Source: a virus
Taxonomy: Duplodnaviria > Caudoviricetes
Virus record (IMG/VR): IMGVR_UViG_3300022591_000005
Coordinates: 598 to 64,597 of that record
Length of the DNA: 64,000 nucleotides
Reading direction: 5' to 3' (one strand)
Position numbers and translations under genes: made by a program. Numbering within the stretch: position 1 is the first letter of the stretch; the number at the start of each line of letters is the position of its first letter. Shown piece after piece: positions 20,354 to 30,674 of the stretch. The notes under the pieces were generated by a model. That model was not told the DNA's origin and ran no database searches. It worked only from the letters and a program-made list of their open reading frames with translations.

Positions 20354-21579
20354 TGATACTAGCCTGGTTACTACTCCTTACTGGTTTAACAATCTCAGCA
20401 GTTGCGATCTACTACTCCGTAGTAGGTCTTGCTGCTATTTTCTCAGCAGCAGTAATTCCTATTATCGTAATGGGATCTGCTCTAGAAGTTGCTAAACTAG
20501 TTTGCGCCTCTTGGTTAAAAGCAAATTGGAGTCAAGCACCACGCTTGATGAAAATTTACATGACAGTCGCTGTGGCTGTTCTAATGCTTATTACATCGAT
20601 GGGTATTTTTGGTTTCTTGTCAAAAGCACATAGTGACCAAAGTTTAGTATCAGGCGACGTTGCAGCTAAGATTGCCGTATACGACGAAAAAATTAAAACT
20701 GCGAAAGACAACATTGATGCAAACCGCAAAGCTCTTAAACAAATGGATGAGGCAGTCGACCAGGTTATGGGTCGCAGTACTTCGGAAACGGGTGCCGACA
20801 AAGCAGTGGCAATCAGACGCAGTCAACAAAAAGAACGTAGTCGTCTTCAATCCGAGATTGCGGCCGAACAGAAAGTCATTGCTCAAATCAATGAAGAACG
20901 TGCTCCCATTGCGGCAGAAGTACGTAAAGTAGAAGCTGAAGTTGGTCCATTAAAGTATATTGCGGCATTTGTTTATGGCGCAACAGATGAGTCAGTATTA
21001 GAACGTGCTGTTACTTGGGTTATTATTACAATCATTGTAGTGTTTGATCCTTTAGCAGTTATTATGTTATTGGCTGCACAAATGACATTTGGTTGGCAGC
21101 GCAAACAGGATGAGTTAGAAGAAACACCGGATCCGTATGTAGCCGATGTAGGTGAAAAACCGACAGTTGAAGAATTACAGCCCGCGGTAGAACTTGCAGA
21201 ACCAACACCTGTTAAAGATACTGTTACAAAAGATTATGTTTCTCCTAAGGCATCATTGTTATCTGATTTCTTAGACGAGCCAATGAATCAGTTTGTTCAA
21301 CAACCTGCTGCCCCTGTAGTTGAACCAGTAGAGCCAGAAATTGATGCAGATTTAGATCGTTGGAACGCAATGATCGAAGAAGCTGAAAAAGCAATTCAAG
21401 AAGAACAATCTAAGCAAGAAGTTAAAGCAGAGCTTGACAGAGGCGAAGAACTAATTCAAGCCGAAGAAGCAACTGGCGATGTTTTAAGTGAAGCAACTGG
21501 TGACAGAGAAGATTCAAAAAAAAAGACATACATGACCAAGGACGAATCGGGCCATACACAGATCAAGGAAGTCAAGTAA
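20353..21579 (+). CDS. Membrane protein with periplasmic coiled coil and acidic tail
   Basis: 3 N-terminal TMs, coiled coil, VFDPLAV TM. Confidence 0.75.
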   Translation: MILAWLLLLTGLTISAVAIYYSVVGLAAIFSAAVIPIIVMGSALEVAKLVCASWLKANWSQAPRLMKIYMTVAVAVLMLITSMGIFGFLSKAHSDQSLVSGDVAAKIAVYDEKIKTAKDNIDANRKALKQMDEAVDQVMGRSTSETGADKAVAIRRSQQKERSRLQSEIAAEQKVIAQINEERAPIAAEVRKVEAEVGPLKYIAAFVYGATDESVLERAVTWVIITIIVVFDPLAVIMLLAAQMTFGWQRKQDELEETPDPYVADVGEKPTVEELQPAVELAEPTPVKDTVTKDYVSPKASLLSDFLDEPMNQFVQQPAAPVVEPVEPEIDADLDRWNAMIEEAEKAIQEEQSKQEVKAELDRGEELIQAEEATGDVLSEATGDREDSKKKTYMTKDESGHTQIKEVK

Positions 21580-21665
21580 CATACGTTCAAAATGGGGAAC
21601 AGCAAGAATCTACGTTATTCAAGCGCATCCTTAAAAAGAGAGACACAGACGACGTTTTTAAACCA

Positions 21666-21872
21666 ATGGACAGGATGTACATTGAGTTCAATAAAGATCA
21701 GTTCAACGGACTTCGATTTGATCAGAATGAAGAACCAGAATTAGCTAAATTTATTAGCGAGATTCAAAACGGTATTCATAAGTTTGATGACTATCCGCCT
21801 GAAGAGATCGAATATTACGCAAGCAGGATATATGAACTTAGGAAAGATAACAGTAATAACACCACCAGATAA
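21666..21872 (+). CDS. Hypothetical protein (possibly the -1 frameshift extension of the upstream gene)
   Basis: Frame is open back to the A-run at 21516-21524. Confidence 0.55.
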   Translation: MDRMYIEFNKDQFNGLRFDQNEEPELAKFISEIQNGIHKFDDYPPEEIEYYASRIYELRKDNSNNTTR

Positions 21873-22245
21873 ATTGTTCAATTTGAATTTAAGTTATCTG
21901 TTAGTTAAACCATCAGTTGTAGTAAAAGAGCAATTTCAAACTATTTTAAGCCAAAGCATTGATGATTTAAACGTATTCATTTATGACAGTGAAGAAAATG
22001 ATATAAGTTGGTTATTAAGTGTAGCTCATCAAGTTGATGTGGTTATTATTGACATTGATAGTTGTGACTATGTAACAAAACAGTTTGTCACATTTATGCT
22101 TGCACAAGGCAATGTACACTATATAACTAACGACGAAATTACTCCGTATGGGCTAATTTCTAAAAATAGAATTTATAGTTTAGAACAAATAGTCGAAAGA
22201 CTAAGTGACGAGGAAGATGACGACGATGATGAATCGAAAGAGTAA
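21832..22245 (+). CDS. Hypothetical protein
   Basis: AGGA SD before ATG 21832. Confidence 0.65.
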   Translation: MNLGKITVITPPDKLFNLNLSYLLVKPSVVVKEQFQTILSQSIDDLNVFIYDSEENDISWLLSVAHQVDVVIIDIDSCDYVTKQFVTFMLAQGNVHYITNDEITPYGLISKNRIYSLEQIVERLSDEEDDDDDESKE

Positions 22246-22459
22246 AGGAACTGGTGTTAGTGTACGCGAAGGCGAAAACATTAATGTAAGTATCCGCCGT
22301 TTTAAACGTAAAGTTGAAGAAGCTGGCACTTTGGACACATTACGTAAAAAAGAACATTACGAAAAACCAACTACAGAGCGTAAGCGTAAAAAAGGCGCTG
22401 CTAAAGCTCGTTGGCGTAAAAAACTTTCAAAAGACAGTTTACCACCAAAATTGTATTGA
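22226..22459 (+). CDS. rpsU: 30S ribosomal protein bS21 (phage-encoded)
   Basis: VREGENINVSIRRFKRKVEEAG..HYEKPTTERKRKK matches the S21 signature; start approximate. Confidence 0.92.
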   Translation: MMNRKSKGTGVSVREGENINVSIRRFKRKVEEAGTLDTLRKKEHYEKPTTERKRKKGAAKARWRKKLSKDSLPPKLY

Positions 22460-22513
22460 CATAGTATTAGTATTCTGTTATAATTGTATTTCTTACTATT
22501 AGAAAGAACAATA

Positions 22514-23098
22514 ATGGCAAATACCGATATTATGATTGACTTAGAAACATTGGCGACATCTACGGATGCCGCCATTCTTACCATAGGCGCAGTAAAATTT
22601 GATCCTTTTGGAAAAGATTTGCAAGAGCCGAGTATGGACAGTTTTTATGTTAAAGTTGATCTTGACAGTTGTGATGAAATTGGATTAGTTACTAGTGATG
22701 ATACAATTGCTTGGTGGGCTAATCAAGAACAAGCAGCACAAGACGAAGCATTTAGTCCAGAAGGACGCATTCATATCCGCGACGCATTTAATCAATTATA
22801 CAAATTCTGTTGGGGTGCTCAACGTGTTTGGTCCAACGGTGCAGGCTTTGACGTTGTAATTTGTGAAACCGTATTCAAGCGTATCGAAAAAGCAGTACCG
22901 TGGAATTTTTGGCAAGTACGTGATGTGCGCACAGCATTTGACTTAGGTATTAATCCTAACCGTCCGCCTGTTTTAAAGCATCATGCTTTAGAAGATGCGT
23001 GGAACCAAGCAGTAGGTATTCAAAACGTCTATGGTACACTTAGAACAAGTACTACAACAGACGGAGCATACATTGCACCATTTGCAAAGATGAAATAA
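22514..23098 (+). CDS. DEDDh 3'-5' exonuclease (RNase AS-like)
   Basis: MIDLET, WSNGAGFD and HHALEDA motifs; TTGACA..TATAAT promoter. Confidence 0.85.
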   Translation: MANTDIMIDLETLATSTDAAILTIGAVKFDPFGKDLQEPSMDSFYVKVDLDSCDEIGLVTSDDTIAWWANQEQAAQDEAFSPEGRIHIRDAFNQLYKFCWGAQRVWSNGAGFDVVICETVFKRIEKAVPWNFWQVRDVRTAFDLGINPNRPPVLKHHALEDAWNQAVGIQNVYGTLRTSTTTDGAYIAPFAKMK

Positions 23099-23679
23099 TG
23101 AATACATTAGAAACAGTATCGGGTAGAAAAGTCGATATTAACAATCCAGATCCAAGCACTATTGCCATTACTGATATTGCTTGGGCTCTTAGCCGTATGC
23201 CTAGATTTAGCGGGCATAGTATTCCTTACATCCCGTATTCAGTAGCACAGCATTGCATTCAAGTAATGAAAGAGCTTGCTCCACACGGGTATAAGATTCA
23301 GCTATACGGATTGCTACATGATGCTGCTGAAGCATATATCAATGACTTACCTAGTCCCGTAAAACACATTCCAGAAATACATGCCGTAATTAGCAAGCTG
23401 GAAGGCAAACTAATGCTAACTATCTATGAAGCATTAGAACTTGATCCTCCTACAGAGGAAGAAGAACAAATTGTTAAAATTGCTGACAAACATCAGCAGG
23501 CTGTAGAAGCATACAATTTTATGTATAGTCGTGGGCACGACTGGAACTTGCCCAAAGTTAGTTTTAAAAAATTACAGGAATTTGAAGAACCGCTTACAAG
23601 CATACGGGCATACGATTTATACTTAGAATTTTTTGAAATTTTACTCGAAAACGTAAAGAAAAATAATAATCAGGTATAA
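23098..23679 (+). CDS. HD-domain 5'-deoxynucleotidase-like protein (YfbR/YfdR family)
   Basis: DIAWALS..RFSGH..YSVAQH, LLHDAAEAY..D..SP.K. Confidence 0.85.
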   Translation: MNTLETVSGRKVDINNPDPSTIAITDIAWALSRMPRFSGHSIPYIPYSVAQHCIQVMKELAPHGYKIQLYGLLHDAAEAYINDLPSPVKHIPEIHAVISKLEGKLMLTIYEALELDPPTEEEEQIVKIADKHQQAVEAYNFMYSRGHDWNLPKVSFKKLQEFEEPLTSIRAYDLYLEFFEILLENVKKNNNQV

Positions 23680-23687
23680 ATAATATT

Positions 23688-23741
23688 GTAGAGCGCCGTT
23701 AGGGCCTACATTATTCTTGCTTAACAAAGGAGAAAATTATG
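23688..23741 (+). promoter_or_regulatory. ROSE-like RNA thermometer leader of dnaK
   Basis: Hairpin followed by TTCTTGCT..AAGGAG; paralogous to the hsp20 leader. Confidence 0.55.
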
Positions 23742-25640
23742 AGCAAAATCATCGGTATCGACTTAGGTACAACAAACAGTTGCGTAGCTATCCTAGAAAA
23801 CGGAGTAGCAAAAGTTATTGAAAATAGCGAAGGCGCAAGAACAACACCCTCAATCATTGCATATACTAAAGACGAAGTCCTAGTAGGTGCAACAGCAAAA
23901 CGACAAGCAGTCACAAATCCAAAGAGTACAATTTACGCAGCCAAGCGTTTGATTGGTCGTAAGTTTGAGGAAAAAGAAGTCCAGAAGGACATTGACTTAA
24001 TGCCATACTCTATTATCAAGGCAGATAATGGTGATGCATGGATCGAAGCAAACGATCAAAAACTAGCACCTCCACAAGTAAGTGCAGAAGTGCTACGTAA
24101 AATGAAAAAGACAGCTGAGGATTATTTAGGTGAAACAGTTACTCAAGCGGTTATCACAGTTCCTGCATACTTTAATGATAGCCAAAGACAAGCGACTAAG
24201 GATGCTGGAAAAATCGCCGGCTTGGAAGTACTCCGTATTATTAACGAGCCTACTGCTGCTGCTCTTGCGTATGGTGTTGATAAAGCTGATAAAAGAGATC
24301 GCAAAGTTGCTGTTTACGACCTTGGTGGTGGTACATTCGACGTATCAATCATTGAAATCGCAAACATTGAAGGCGATAAGCAAATTGAAGTTCTAAGCAC
24401 AAATGGAGATACATTCCTAGGCGGTGAAGACTTCGACCAACGTATTATGGATTACTTGGTAGACGAGTTTAAGAAAGATAATGCGATTGATCTTAAGAAA
24501 GACATGTTAGCATTACAACGTCTAAAAGAAGCTGCTGAAAAAGCAAAGATTGAATTATCTTCAGCACAAAGCACAAGCGTTAACTTGCCATACATCACTG
24601 CTGATGCAAATGGTCCTAAACATATGAACGTAACTATTAGCCGTGCTAAGTTTGAAGCAATGGTTGAAGACTTAATTCAACGCTCAATTGAGCCATGCAA
24701 AATTGCTATGAAAGATGCTAAGGTTACTGCTGCTGACATCGACGAAGTTATCCTTGTTGGCGGACAAACACGTATGCCTAAAGTACAAGAAGCTGTTGAA
24801 GCATTGTTTGGCAAGGCTCCACGTAAAGACGTTAACCCAGACGAAGCAGTTGCCGCAGGTGCTGCTATCCAAGGTGCTGTTCTAGGTGGCGATAAGACAG
24901 ACGTTCTATTGTTAGACGTTACTCCATTGAGCCTAGGTATTGAAACAATGGGTGGTGTGTTTACCAAGCTAATTGCTAAGAACACAACAATCCCAACTAA
25001 ACACTCACAAGTGTTCTCAACAGCAGACGACAACCAACCAGCAGTTACTATTAAGGTAGCACAAGGTGAACGTGAGTTGTTTAAGTACAACAAACTACTA
25101 GGCGAGTTTAACTTAGAAGGTATTGACCCAGCACCACGCGGCATGCCACAAATTGAAGTTACGCTAGATATTGACGCAAACGGTATTATGCACGTAAGCG
25201 CCAAGAACAAAGCAACTGGTAAAGAAAACAAGATCACTATCAAATCAGATAGTGGATTAACTGATGCTGAAATCCAACGCATGGTTCGTGAAGCTGAAGA
25301 AAATGCCGAAGCTGATAAAAAAGCTAAGGAACTAATTGAAGCACGTAACTCAGCAGAGGCACAAAAGCATTCAGTTAACAAAGAGTATGACAAGTATAAA
25401 GATCAACTAACTGAAGAAGAACGTACAAAGTTTGACGATGCAGTTAAGGCAGTAGATACTGCTAGCGCCGGTGAAGATGTAGAAGCAATCACTAAATCAA
25501 TTAGTGACTTGTTTGAAGCAGCAAGCCCTGTGTTCACTAAGAAGCAGGCAGCTGAATCAGCAGACGCACAGGCAGCACAAACTGGTGAACAAACGGTTGA
25601 TGCGAGCTTCACAGAAGTTGACAAAAAGGATTCACAATAA
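23739..25640 (+). CDS. dnaK: Chaperone DnaK (Hsp70)
   Basis: [25 protein letters not shown]; full length. Confidence 0.98.
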   Translation: MSKIIGIDLGTTNSCVAILENGVAKVIENSEGARTTPSIIAYTKDEVLVGATAKRQAVTNPKSTIYAAKRLIGRKFEEKEVQKDIDLMPYSIIKADNGDAWIEANDQKLAPPQVSAEVLRKMKKTAEDYLGETVTQAVITVPAYFNDSQRQATKDAGKIAGLEVLRIINEPTAAALAYGVDKADKRDRKVAVYDLGGGTFDVSIIEIANIEGDKQIEVLSTNGDTFLGGEDFDQRIMDYLVDEFKKDNAIDLKKDMLALQRLKEAAEKAKIELSSAQSTSVNLPYITADANGPKHMNVTISRAKFEAMVEDLIQRSIEPCKIAMKDAKVTAADIDEVILVGGQTRMPKVQEAVEALFGKAPRKDVNPDEAVAAGAAIQGAVLGGDKTDVLLLDVTPLSLGIETMGGVFTKLIAKNTTIPTKHSQVFSTADDNQPAVTIKVAQGERELFKYNKLLGEFNLEGIDPAPRGMPQIEVTLDIDANGIMHVSAKNKATGKENKITIKSDSGLTDAEIQRMVREAEENAEADKKAKELIEARNSAEAQKHSVNKEYDKYKDQLTEEERTKFDDAVKAVDTASAGEDVEAITKSISDLFEAASPVFTKKQAAESADAQAAQTGEQTVDASFTEVDKKDSQ

Positions 25641-25653
25641 TATAATGTGAATA

Positions 25654-25714
25654 TGTAGGGTGCCTATGGTAGGGCCCTACAAAGTTCTTGCTTAATAAAG
25701 GAGATACTAAAATG
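25654..25714 (+). promoter_or_regulatory. ROSE-like RNA thermometer leader of hsp20
   Basis: gtaggg..ccctac hairpin, then TTCTTGCT pairing with AAGGAG. Confidence 0.6.
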
Positions 25715-26143
25715 AGTACACAATTAAGAACTATTGATGCGGCAGCACTAGCCGCAATGAGTAAAGCACTAGTAGGATTTGATCGTTATTTTAACATACC
25801 GATTCCACAAAATGGTAATTACCCTCCACACAACATTGTAAAGTATAGTGATGACACTTACGCTATTGAAGTTGCTGTTGCAGGCTTTACCAAGGATGAA
25901 GTCACTGTAGAAGTGGATCAGGATCAACTAACAATTCGTGGTATTAAAAACCGTCCAAACGAAAGTACTGGACAGATTGAATACTTGCATCGTGGATTAG
26001 CAGCTCGTGATTTTGAACAAACATTTACACTTGCTGAATACATGGAAGTTGTAGGTGCAAAGGTTGATAACGGTATGCTACAAATCGATATCAAGCGTGT
26101 AGTTCCAGAGGCGCTCAAACCTCGCACAATTGAAGTTAAGTAA
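25712..26143 (+). CDS. Small heat-shock protein (Hsp20/IbpA-like)
   Basis: NYPPHNI, EVAVAGF, YLHRGLAARDF and NGML motifs. Confidence 0.93.
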   Translation: MSTQLRTIDAAALAAMSKALVGFDRYFNIPIPQNGNYPPHNIVKYSDDTYAIEVAVAGFTKDEVTVEVDQDQLTIRGIKNRPNESTGQIEYLHRGLAARDFEQTFTLAEYMEVVGAKVDNGMLQIDIKRVVPEALKPRTIEVK

Positions 26144-26192
26144 AATTAAATAACACACGGGGGAGGAAACTCCCCCAACACTGGAGAAATAA

Positions 26193-26495
26193 ATGCCTAG
26201 CACTGATATTCAACTAGACGAGAAAGTCAAAGTAACAGTCCAAGAACCTAAACGTTGGAAAGTTATCATTCTTAATGATGATTCAACTCCAATGGACTTT
26301 GTCATCTCTGTACTAATGGGAATTTTTAAACATAATGCAGATGCAGCAAAAGACATTATGTTGCAGGTTCACGAAACTGGTTCAGGCATTGCAGGCCTTT
26401 ATAGTTTTGAAATTGCAGAAATTAAAGCAACCGAAGCTACTAATGAAGCTAGAGATAATAACTTTCCTCTCCAGATTAAATTGGAGGAAGAATGA
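26193..26495 (+). CDS. clpS: ATP-dependent Clp protease adaptor ClpS
   Basis: KVIILNDDSTPMDFV..MLQVH..G...EIAEIK..FPL. Confidence 0.93.
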   Translation: MPSTDIQLDEKVKVTVQEPKRWKVIILNDDSTPMDFVISVLMGIFKHNADAAKDIMLQVHETGSGIAGLYSFEIAEIKATEATNEARDNNFPLQIKLEEE

Positions 26496-27046
26496 GTTTA
26501 AAAGATCTTACACACGATGCACACAGAGATGCAGAAACATCTCCGTTTGTTAAAATCCTGTTTTCAGGTAAAATTGATCCGTCATTGTATGCTACATACT
26601 TAAAAAATCAGCATCCAATGTATGAAGTTCTAGAAGTATGTGCTATGCCACATGGCTTGTTTACTGATGTTCCCGACACACGTAGAGCTCCTGCTATCCT
26701 AGCAGACTTTTCTGAACTGTGGACTAGTGAAGAACAGCAGCCAGTGATGTTGCCAGTTGTACACGATTACATTCAGCATATTCTTAGTATCAAAGATGAT
26801 CCTAAAAAATTAATGGCGCATATCTATGTTAGACATTTTGGCGACTTGTCCGGCGGACAGATGATTGCTAAACGTGTTCCTGGTTCTGGTAAGATGTACC
26901 AGTTTACAGGTAACCCCGACGACATTAAACAAGCATTTAGAGCAAAGCTAAGTGATGATATGGCCGACGAAGCAAAAGTTTGCTTTGGATTCGCTCGTCA
27001 ACTGTTTGACGAAATGATGACACAAGTGGTTGAAGTTGCTGAATAA
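26492..27046 (+). CDS. Heme oxygenase
   Basis: LKDLTHDAHRDAE proximal His; AHIYVRHFGDLSGGQMI. Confidence 0.92.
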   Translation: MSLKDLTHDAHRDAETSPFVKILFSGKIDPSLYATYLKNQHPMYEVLEVCAMPHGLFTDVPDTRRAPAILADFSELWTSEEQQPVMLPVVHDYIQHILSIKDDPKKLMAHIYVRHFGDLSGGQMIAKRVPGSGKMYQFTGNPDDIKQAFRAKLSDDMADEAKVCFGFARQLFDEMMTQVVEVAE

Positions 27047-28577
27047 AGAAATCAAACATATCTGTATTGTAGGCGGTGGTAGTTCCGGATGGATTACTGC
27101 CGCTTATGCTTTAGCACAGTTACCTTGGGCAAAGATTACACTAATCGAAAGTCCTAACATTCCTACAGTAGGTGTCGGCGAAGCAACATTACTAAACTTT
27201 GATCATTTTTTAAATAATGACTGCGCTATTCCACCTTTGCTATGGCAAGAAGCATCAGATGCCGTAGTTAAAGCAGGTATACTTTTTCCAAACTGGGTTG
27301 ACGGTGATCGGACAGTTTGGCACCCTTTTACATTTAGTGGTTCTTGGTTTGAAGAAGAGCAAACAAGCTATCAACGTGCTACATTAGGTATACAGGCAAA
27401 TTTAGAACATAACGAATTTGTTGAGTTTGGAACAGACTGGTATCATACATGTGTTGAAAAGAATCAATTACCAGACTTACGCAAGCATCCTGTGGGTTAC
27501 CATGTTGATGCTGTTAAATTAGCAAACTTTTTATCAGACTATCTTCGTAATAAACATCCTGATAGATTAACACACGTACTAGGCACAGTTTCTAATATTA
27601 TTGTCGAAGAAGACAATATTAAAACATTTGACGTAAACGATAAAGCATTTCAAGCCGACGTATATATTGATTGTACAGGATTTAGACGTTTGTTGTCGTC
27701 TAGTATTCCGGGCAGCGATTTTGAATTAGCAGATAAAATGCTATTCACAAATGCTGCGGTTGCCGGGCCTGTTAGGTACTTAACCGAAGACGAAGTTATC
27801 CCACCTTACACAATTTGCGAAGCATGTGAACACGGGTGGATATGGAAAACATCTATTGCTGGCAGAATTGGTAGCGGATTAGTATATAACGATACACTAA
27901 TAACAAAAGAACAAGCAGAAGAGTTCTTTGTTAACCATTGGGGCAAAGAACGTATGCTTACTGAAAAGTTTAATCATATTAAATTCAAACCAGAGTACAA
28001 TAAACGCAATTGGCGTGGTAATTGTTTTAGTGTAGGGCTCGCAAGCGGCTTTTTAGAGCCGTTAGAGAGTACAGGACTACAACTTCTAATTCGTGGTGCT
28101 AAGACTGGATTAGACATGTTGCGTAAACGTTTTTATACAGATAACGATCGTAATTTCTTTAATAGTGAAATAAATTTGTTGTATGGTGATTCAATAGATT
28201 TTGTATCGTTACATTATATGAACAACAATCGACCCGGCGCCTTCTGGGACAAAGTTAGAAAAGAGTTTACAGTTAGTCCAAGCCTGCAAGCACATATTGA
28301 TATTTTTAAAAATAACTATATAAATGAAGCTGATCAACAAGTAACTAGAATGTTCAGTGTTGACAGTTTTAGAATTTGGCTACAAGGGACTAAAAACAAA
28401 ATACAAGTTCCTAATAACCCACATGCTATGGATGCATTAGTACAATTAGCAAGATTAGAATTTACTAAAGATAACATCACAAATAGAGATTTTATTTTAC
28501 AGCGTAAACAACAGAGAGAATTAAATGAGCAAAGTTTGGGACACATTAATAGAAGTACAACACCTATTGGAGAGTGA
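27030..28577 (+). CDS. Flavin-dependent tryptophan halogenase-family protein
   Basis: GGGSSG, GVGEAT, K-G, WIWKT (WxWxI-like) and FLEPLEST motifs. Confidence 0.88.
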   Translation: MKLLNKEIKHICIVGGGSSGWITAAYALAQLPWAKITLIESPNIPTVGVGEATLLNFDHFLNNDCAIPPLLWQEASDAVVKAGILFPNWVDGDRTVWHPFTFSGSWFEEEQTSYQRATLGIQANLEHNEFVEFGTDWYHTCVEKNQLPDLRKHPVGYHVDAVKLANFLSDYLRNKHPDRLTHVLGTVSNIIVEEDNIKTFDVNDKAFQADVYIDCTGFRRLLSSSIPGSDFELADKMLFTNAAVAGPVRYLTEDEVIPPYTICEACEHGWIWKTSIAGRIGSGLVYNDTLITKEQAEEFFVNHWGKERMLTEKFNHIKFKPEYNKRNWRGNCFSVGLASGFLEPLESTGLQLLIRGAKTGLDMLRKRFYTDNDRNFFNSEINLLYGDSIDFVSLHYMNNNRPGAFWDKVRKEFTVSPSLQAHIDIFKNNYINEADQQVTRMFSVDSFRIWLQGTKNKIQVPNNPHAMDALVQLARLEFTKDNITNRDFILQRKQQRELNEQSLGHINRSTTPIGE

Positions 28578-29205
28578 ATTTGATCGCACAGGCACTGAGC
28601 AATTTGAACCTGGGATGGATCGTTTTAACCAACCTGGTTGGGTTAATAGGGTATGGTCTAGTGATAAGTATCGCCGTGCTCACGTTGATGTGGTTGATGC
28701 GAGAGATACTAAAGGATTATGGATGATGCATTGTTGCATCTTTCCGCATACACACAATCCAGCACCAATATACGGTTTTGACGTTGTAGCAGGTAAAAAC
28801 AAGATTACTGGTTGTTTCCACGATTATAGTAAAGCAGGTGATCCTAATCATCCTATGATGGAATGGTTTGCAGGCGAAGTAGCTAAATTAGAATGGCGCC
28901 GCGAACGTGCTTTACCCGAGTGGGCTACTAACATATTCAGCAAGAGTATGGTAGCCGCGGGTAATGTACAAAGCGACGAAGAATTGGATCAAATCATTGC
29001 TATGGCTAAAACTACTTTAGCACACTACTTAGAAACTGTAGATGAAACTAACAATACAGCGTTAGATACAACAGAAGCACAAAACTACTACGCATACAAT
29101 CAGAAACAAAACCCACATACTCCTCGAGTAATGGTTAGCTTAGGCTTATCAGAAGAGGATGTACAAGTATTCATTCAAGACTGCTTATTTCCAGAAATCA
29201 AGTGA
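28525..29205 (+). CDS. Ferredoxin-dependent bilin reductase (PcyA/PcyX-like)
   Basis: RRAH, MHCCIFP..PIYGFD, RALPEWA.IFS and QKQNPHT motifs; next to heme oxygenase. Confidence 0.85.
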   Translation: MSKVWDTLIEVQHLLESEFDRTGTEQFEPGMDRFNQPGWVNRVWSSDKYRRAHVDVVDARDTKGLWMMHCCIFPHTHNPAPIYGFDVVAGKNKITGCFHDYSKAGDPNHPMMEWFAGEVAKLEWRRERALPEWATNIFSKSMVAAGNVQSDEELDQIIAMAKTTLAHYLETVDETNNTALDTTEAQNYYAYNQKQNPHTPRVMVSLGLSEEDVQVFIQDCLFPEIK

Positions 29206-29293
29206 TTTCTTAATCTAGATTAAGAGATATCTGCTAACTTAATCATTCGCTCCCCTGGCGTAAATATTATACGGATAGCCGGGAGCGAATCGA

Positions 29294-29740
29294 ATGTCCA
29301 AAACAAAATTATTACTATTAGTATGTCTCACGCCATCTCTGGTGTTTGCAGCGCCTCTTAGCGACTATAACTTTAAAAGCCCTGCTTTTAATGGTGTAGG
29401 TTACAGTTCTCACGTTTTAACTATTGAAAATCAAGAATTTACACGCCAAAAAGCAAGAGCAGATGCTATTCAAGCAGCGTTAGAAAAAGCAAAGGCAGAT
29501 GCTGCCAACACAAACTTATCTAAATTCCTAAACAACTTAGAATCACGTATCTACGCACAAATTAGTCAAAACTTAGCTGCTGCTATGTTTGCTCAAGGAG
29601 GTAGTAACAGTGGAACTATGAACTTTGAAGGTAACACTATATTTTGGACTAAAGACAGTTCAAACGTGTATCTACAAGTTACTGATACAGTAGGTAACAC
29701 TACCAACGTAACAGTGCCATTAGGCCAATTTCAATTTTAA
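29294..29740 (+). CDS. csgF: Curli assembly CsgF-like protein
   Basis: Signal peptide, FKSPAFNG..L.IENQ, adjacent to csgG. Confidence 0.75.
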   Translation: MSKTKLLLLVCLTPSLVFAAPLSDYNFKSPAFNGVGYSSHVLTIENQEFTRQKARADAIQAALEKAKADAANTNLSKFLNNLESRIYAQISQNLAAAMFAQGGSNSGTMNFEGNTIFWTKDSSNVYLQVTDTVGNTTNVTVPLGQFQF

Positions 29741-29749
29741 GGATAGGAC

Positions 29750-30580
29750 ATGAAAAAGACATTATTAGCCCTATCAATAGTAGCAATGCTAAGTGGATGT
29801 GCCGTAATTCAAAGCACTGGATTAAGCGAAACAGATCCAACATCTACTACACAGATGAAGGGCATCAAAAAAGAGTTTGATACAATTCCTGCACCAGCGG
29901 CAGGAAAACCAGTTAGTGTAGCAGTTTATAGTTTTTCTGATAAAACAGGACAACGTAGACCGCAAGCTAACGTGGCAAGTTTAAGCACCGCAGTTACACA
30001 GGGTGCTGAAACATTCTTAATTAAAGCATTAAGTGATGTAGGACAAGGGCAATGGTTTGAAGTTGTTGAACGTGTGGGGATTGACAACTTGACTAAAGAG
30101 CGTTTAATTATACGTCAAATGCGAGAAGCGTACGAAGGTCCAAAGGCGCAACCGTTAATGCCAATGCAGTTTGCTGGAATGATCATTGAAGGCGGTATTG
30201 TTGGATATGATGCTAGCACAACAAGTGGCGGAGCAGGTGTGCGTATATTTGGAATAGGTAAACAAACACAGTGGTCAACAGACACAGTAACAGTAAGTTT
30301 GCGAGCAGTTAGCGTAAACACTGGAAAAGTAATTGCATCAGTAACAGTACAAAAGACAATCTTAAGTACTGGAGATAGTGCAACTGCATTAAAATTCTTC
30401 GATCAAGGAACGCAGAGTTTTGAAGCAGAATTGGGCTTAACAATTAACGAACCAGGAACATACGCTGTGAAAGCAGCTACAGAAATGGCAGTCGTTGAAT
30501 TGATTAAGGAAGGGCAACGTAAGGGTGTGTGGGATTTTAAACAAGCATTACCAGTTGTAGTTCCTGATACTAACCAATAA
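29750..30580 (+). CDS. csgG: Curli secretion channel CsgG-like lipoprotein
   Basis: Lipobox LSGC; AVYSFSDKTGQ, STAVTQGA, WFEVVER and EGGIVGYD motifs. Confidence 0.92.
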   Translation: MKKTLLALSIVAMLSGCAVIQSTGLSETDPTSTTQMKGIKKEFDTIPAPAAGKPVSVAVYSFSDKTGQRRPQANVASLSTAVTQGAETFLIKALSDVGQGQWFEVVERVGIDNLTKERLIIRQMREAYEGPKAQPLMPMQFAGMIIEGGIVGYDASTTSGGAGVRIFGIGKQTQWSTDTVTVSLRAVSVNTGKVIASVTVQKTILSTGDSATALKFFDQGTQSFEAELGLTINEPGTYAVKAATEMAVVELIKEGQRKGVWDFKQALPVVVPDTNQ

Positions 30581-30674
30581 TGGTAATGAAATAAAAGGTG
30601 GTAATAGAAATACTTTAACAACGGCTACGGCCAAGGAGCAACATCGAAGAATAATAATTCGATGTTAAACAAAG

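Noticed and set aside
24677-25393. 238-aa antisense ORF in dnaK
   Set aside because: The well-known antisense open frame of hsp70 genes caused by codon bias; no RBS.
23739-26495. Bacterial chromosome origin suggested by dnaK/clpS/rpsU
   Set aside because: Context of tail fibre, PAAR, late promoters, HNH and phage-type gene mosaics indicates a phage genome.
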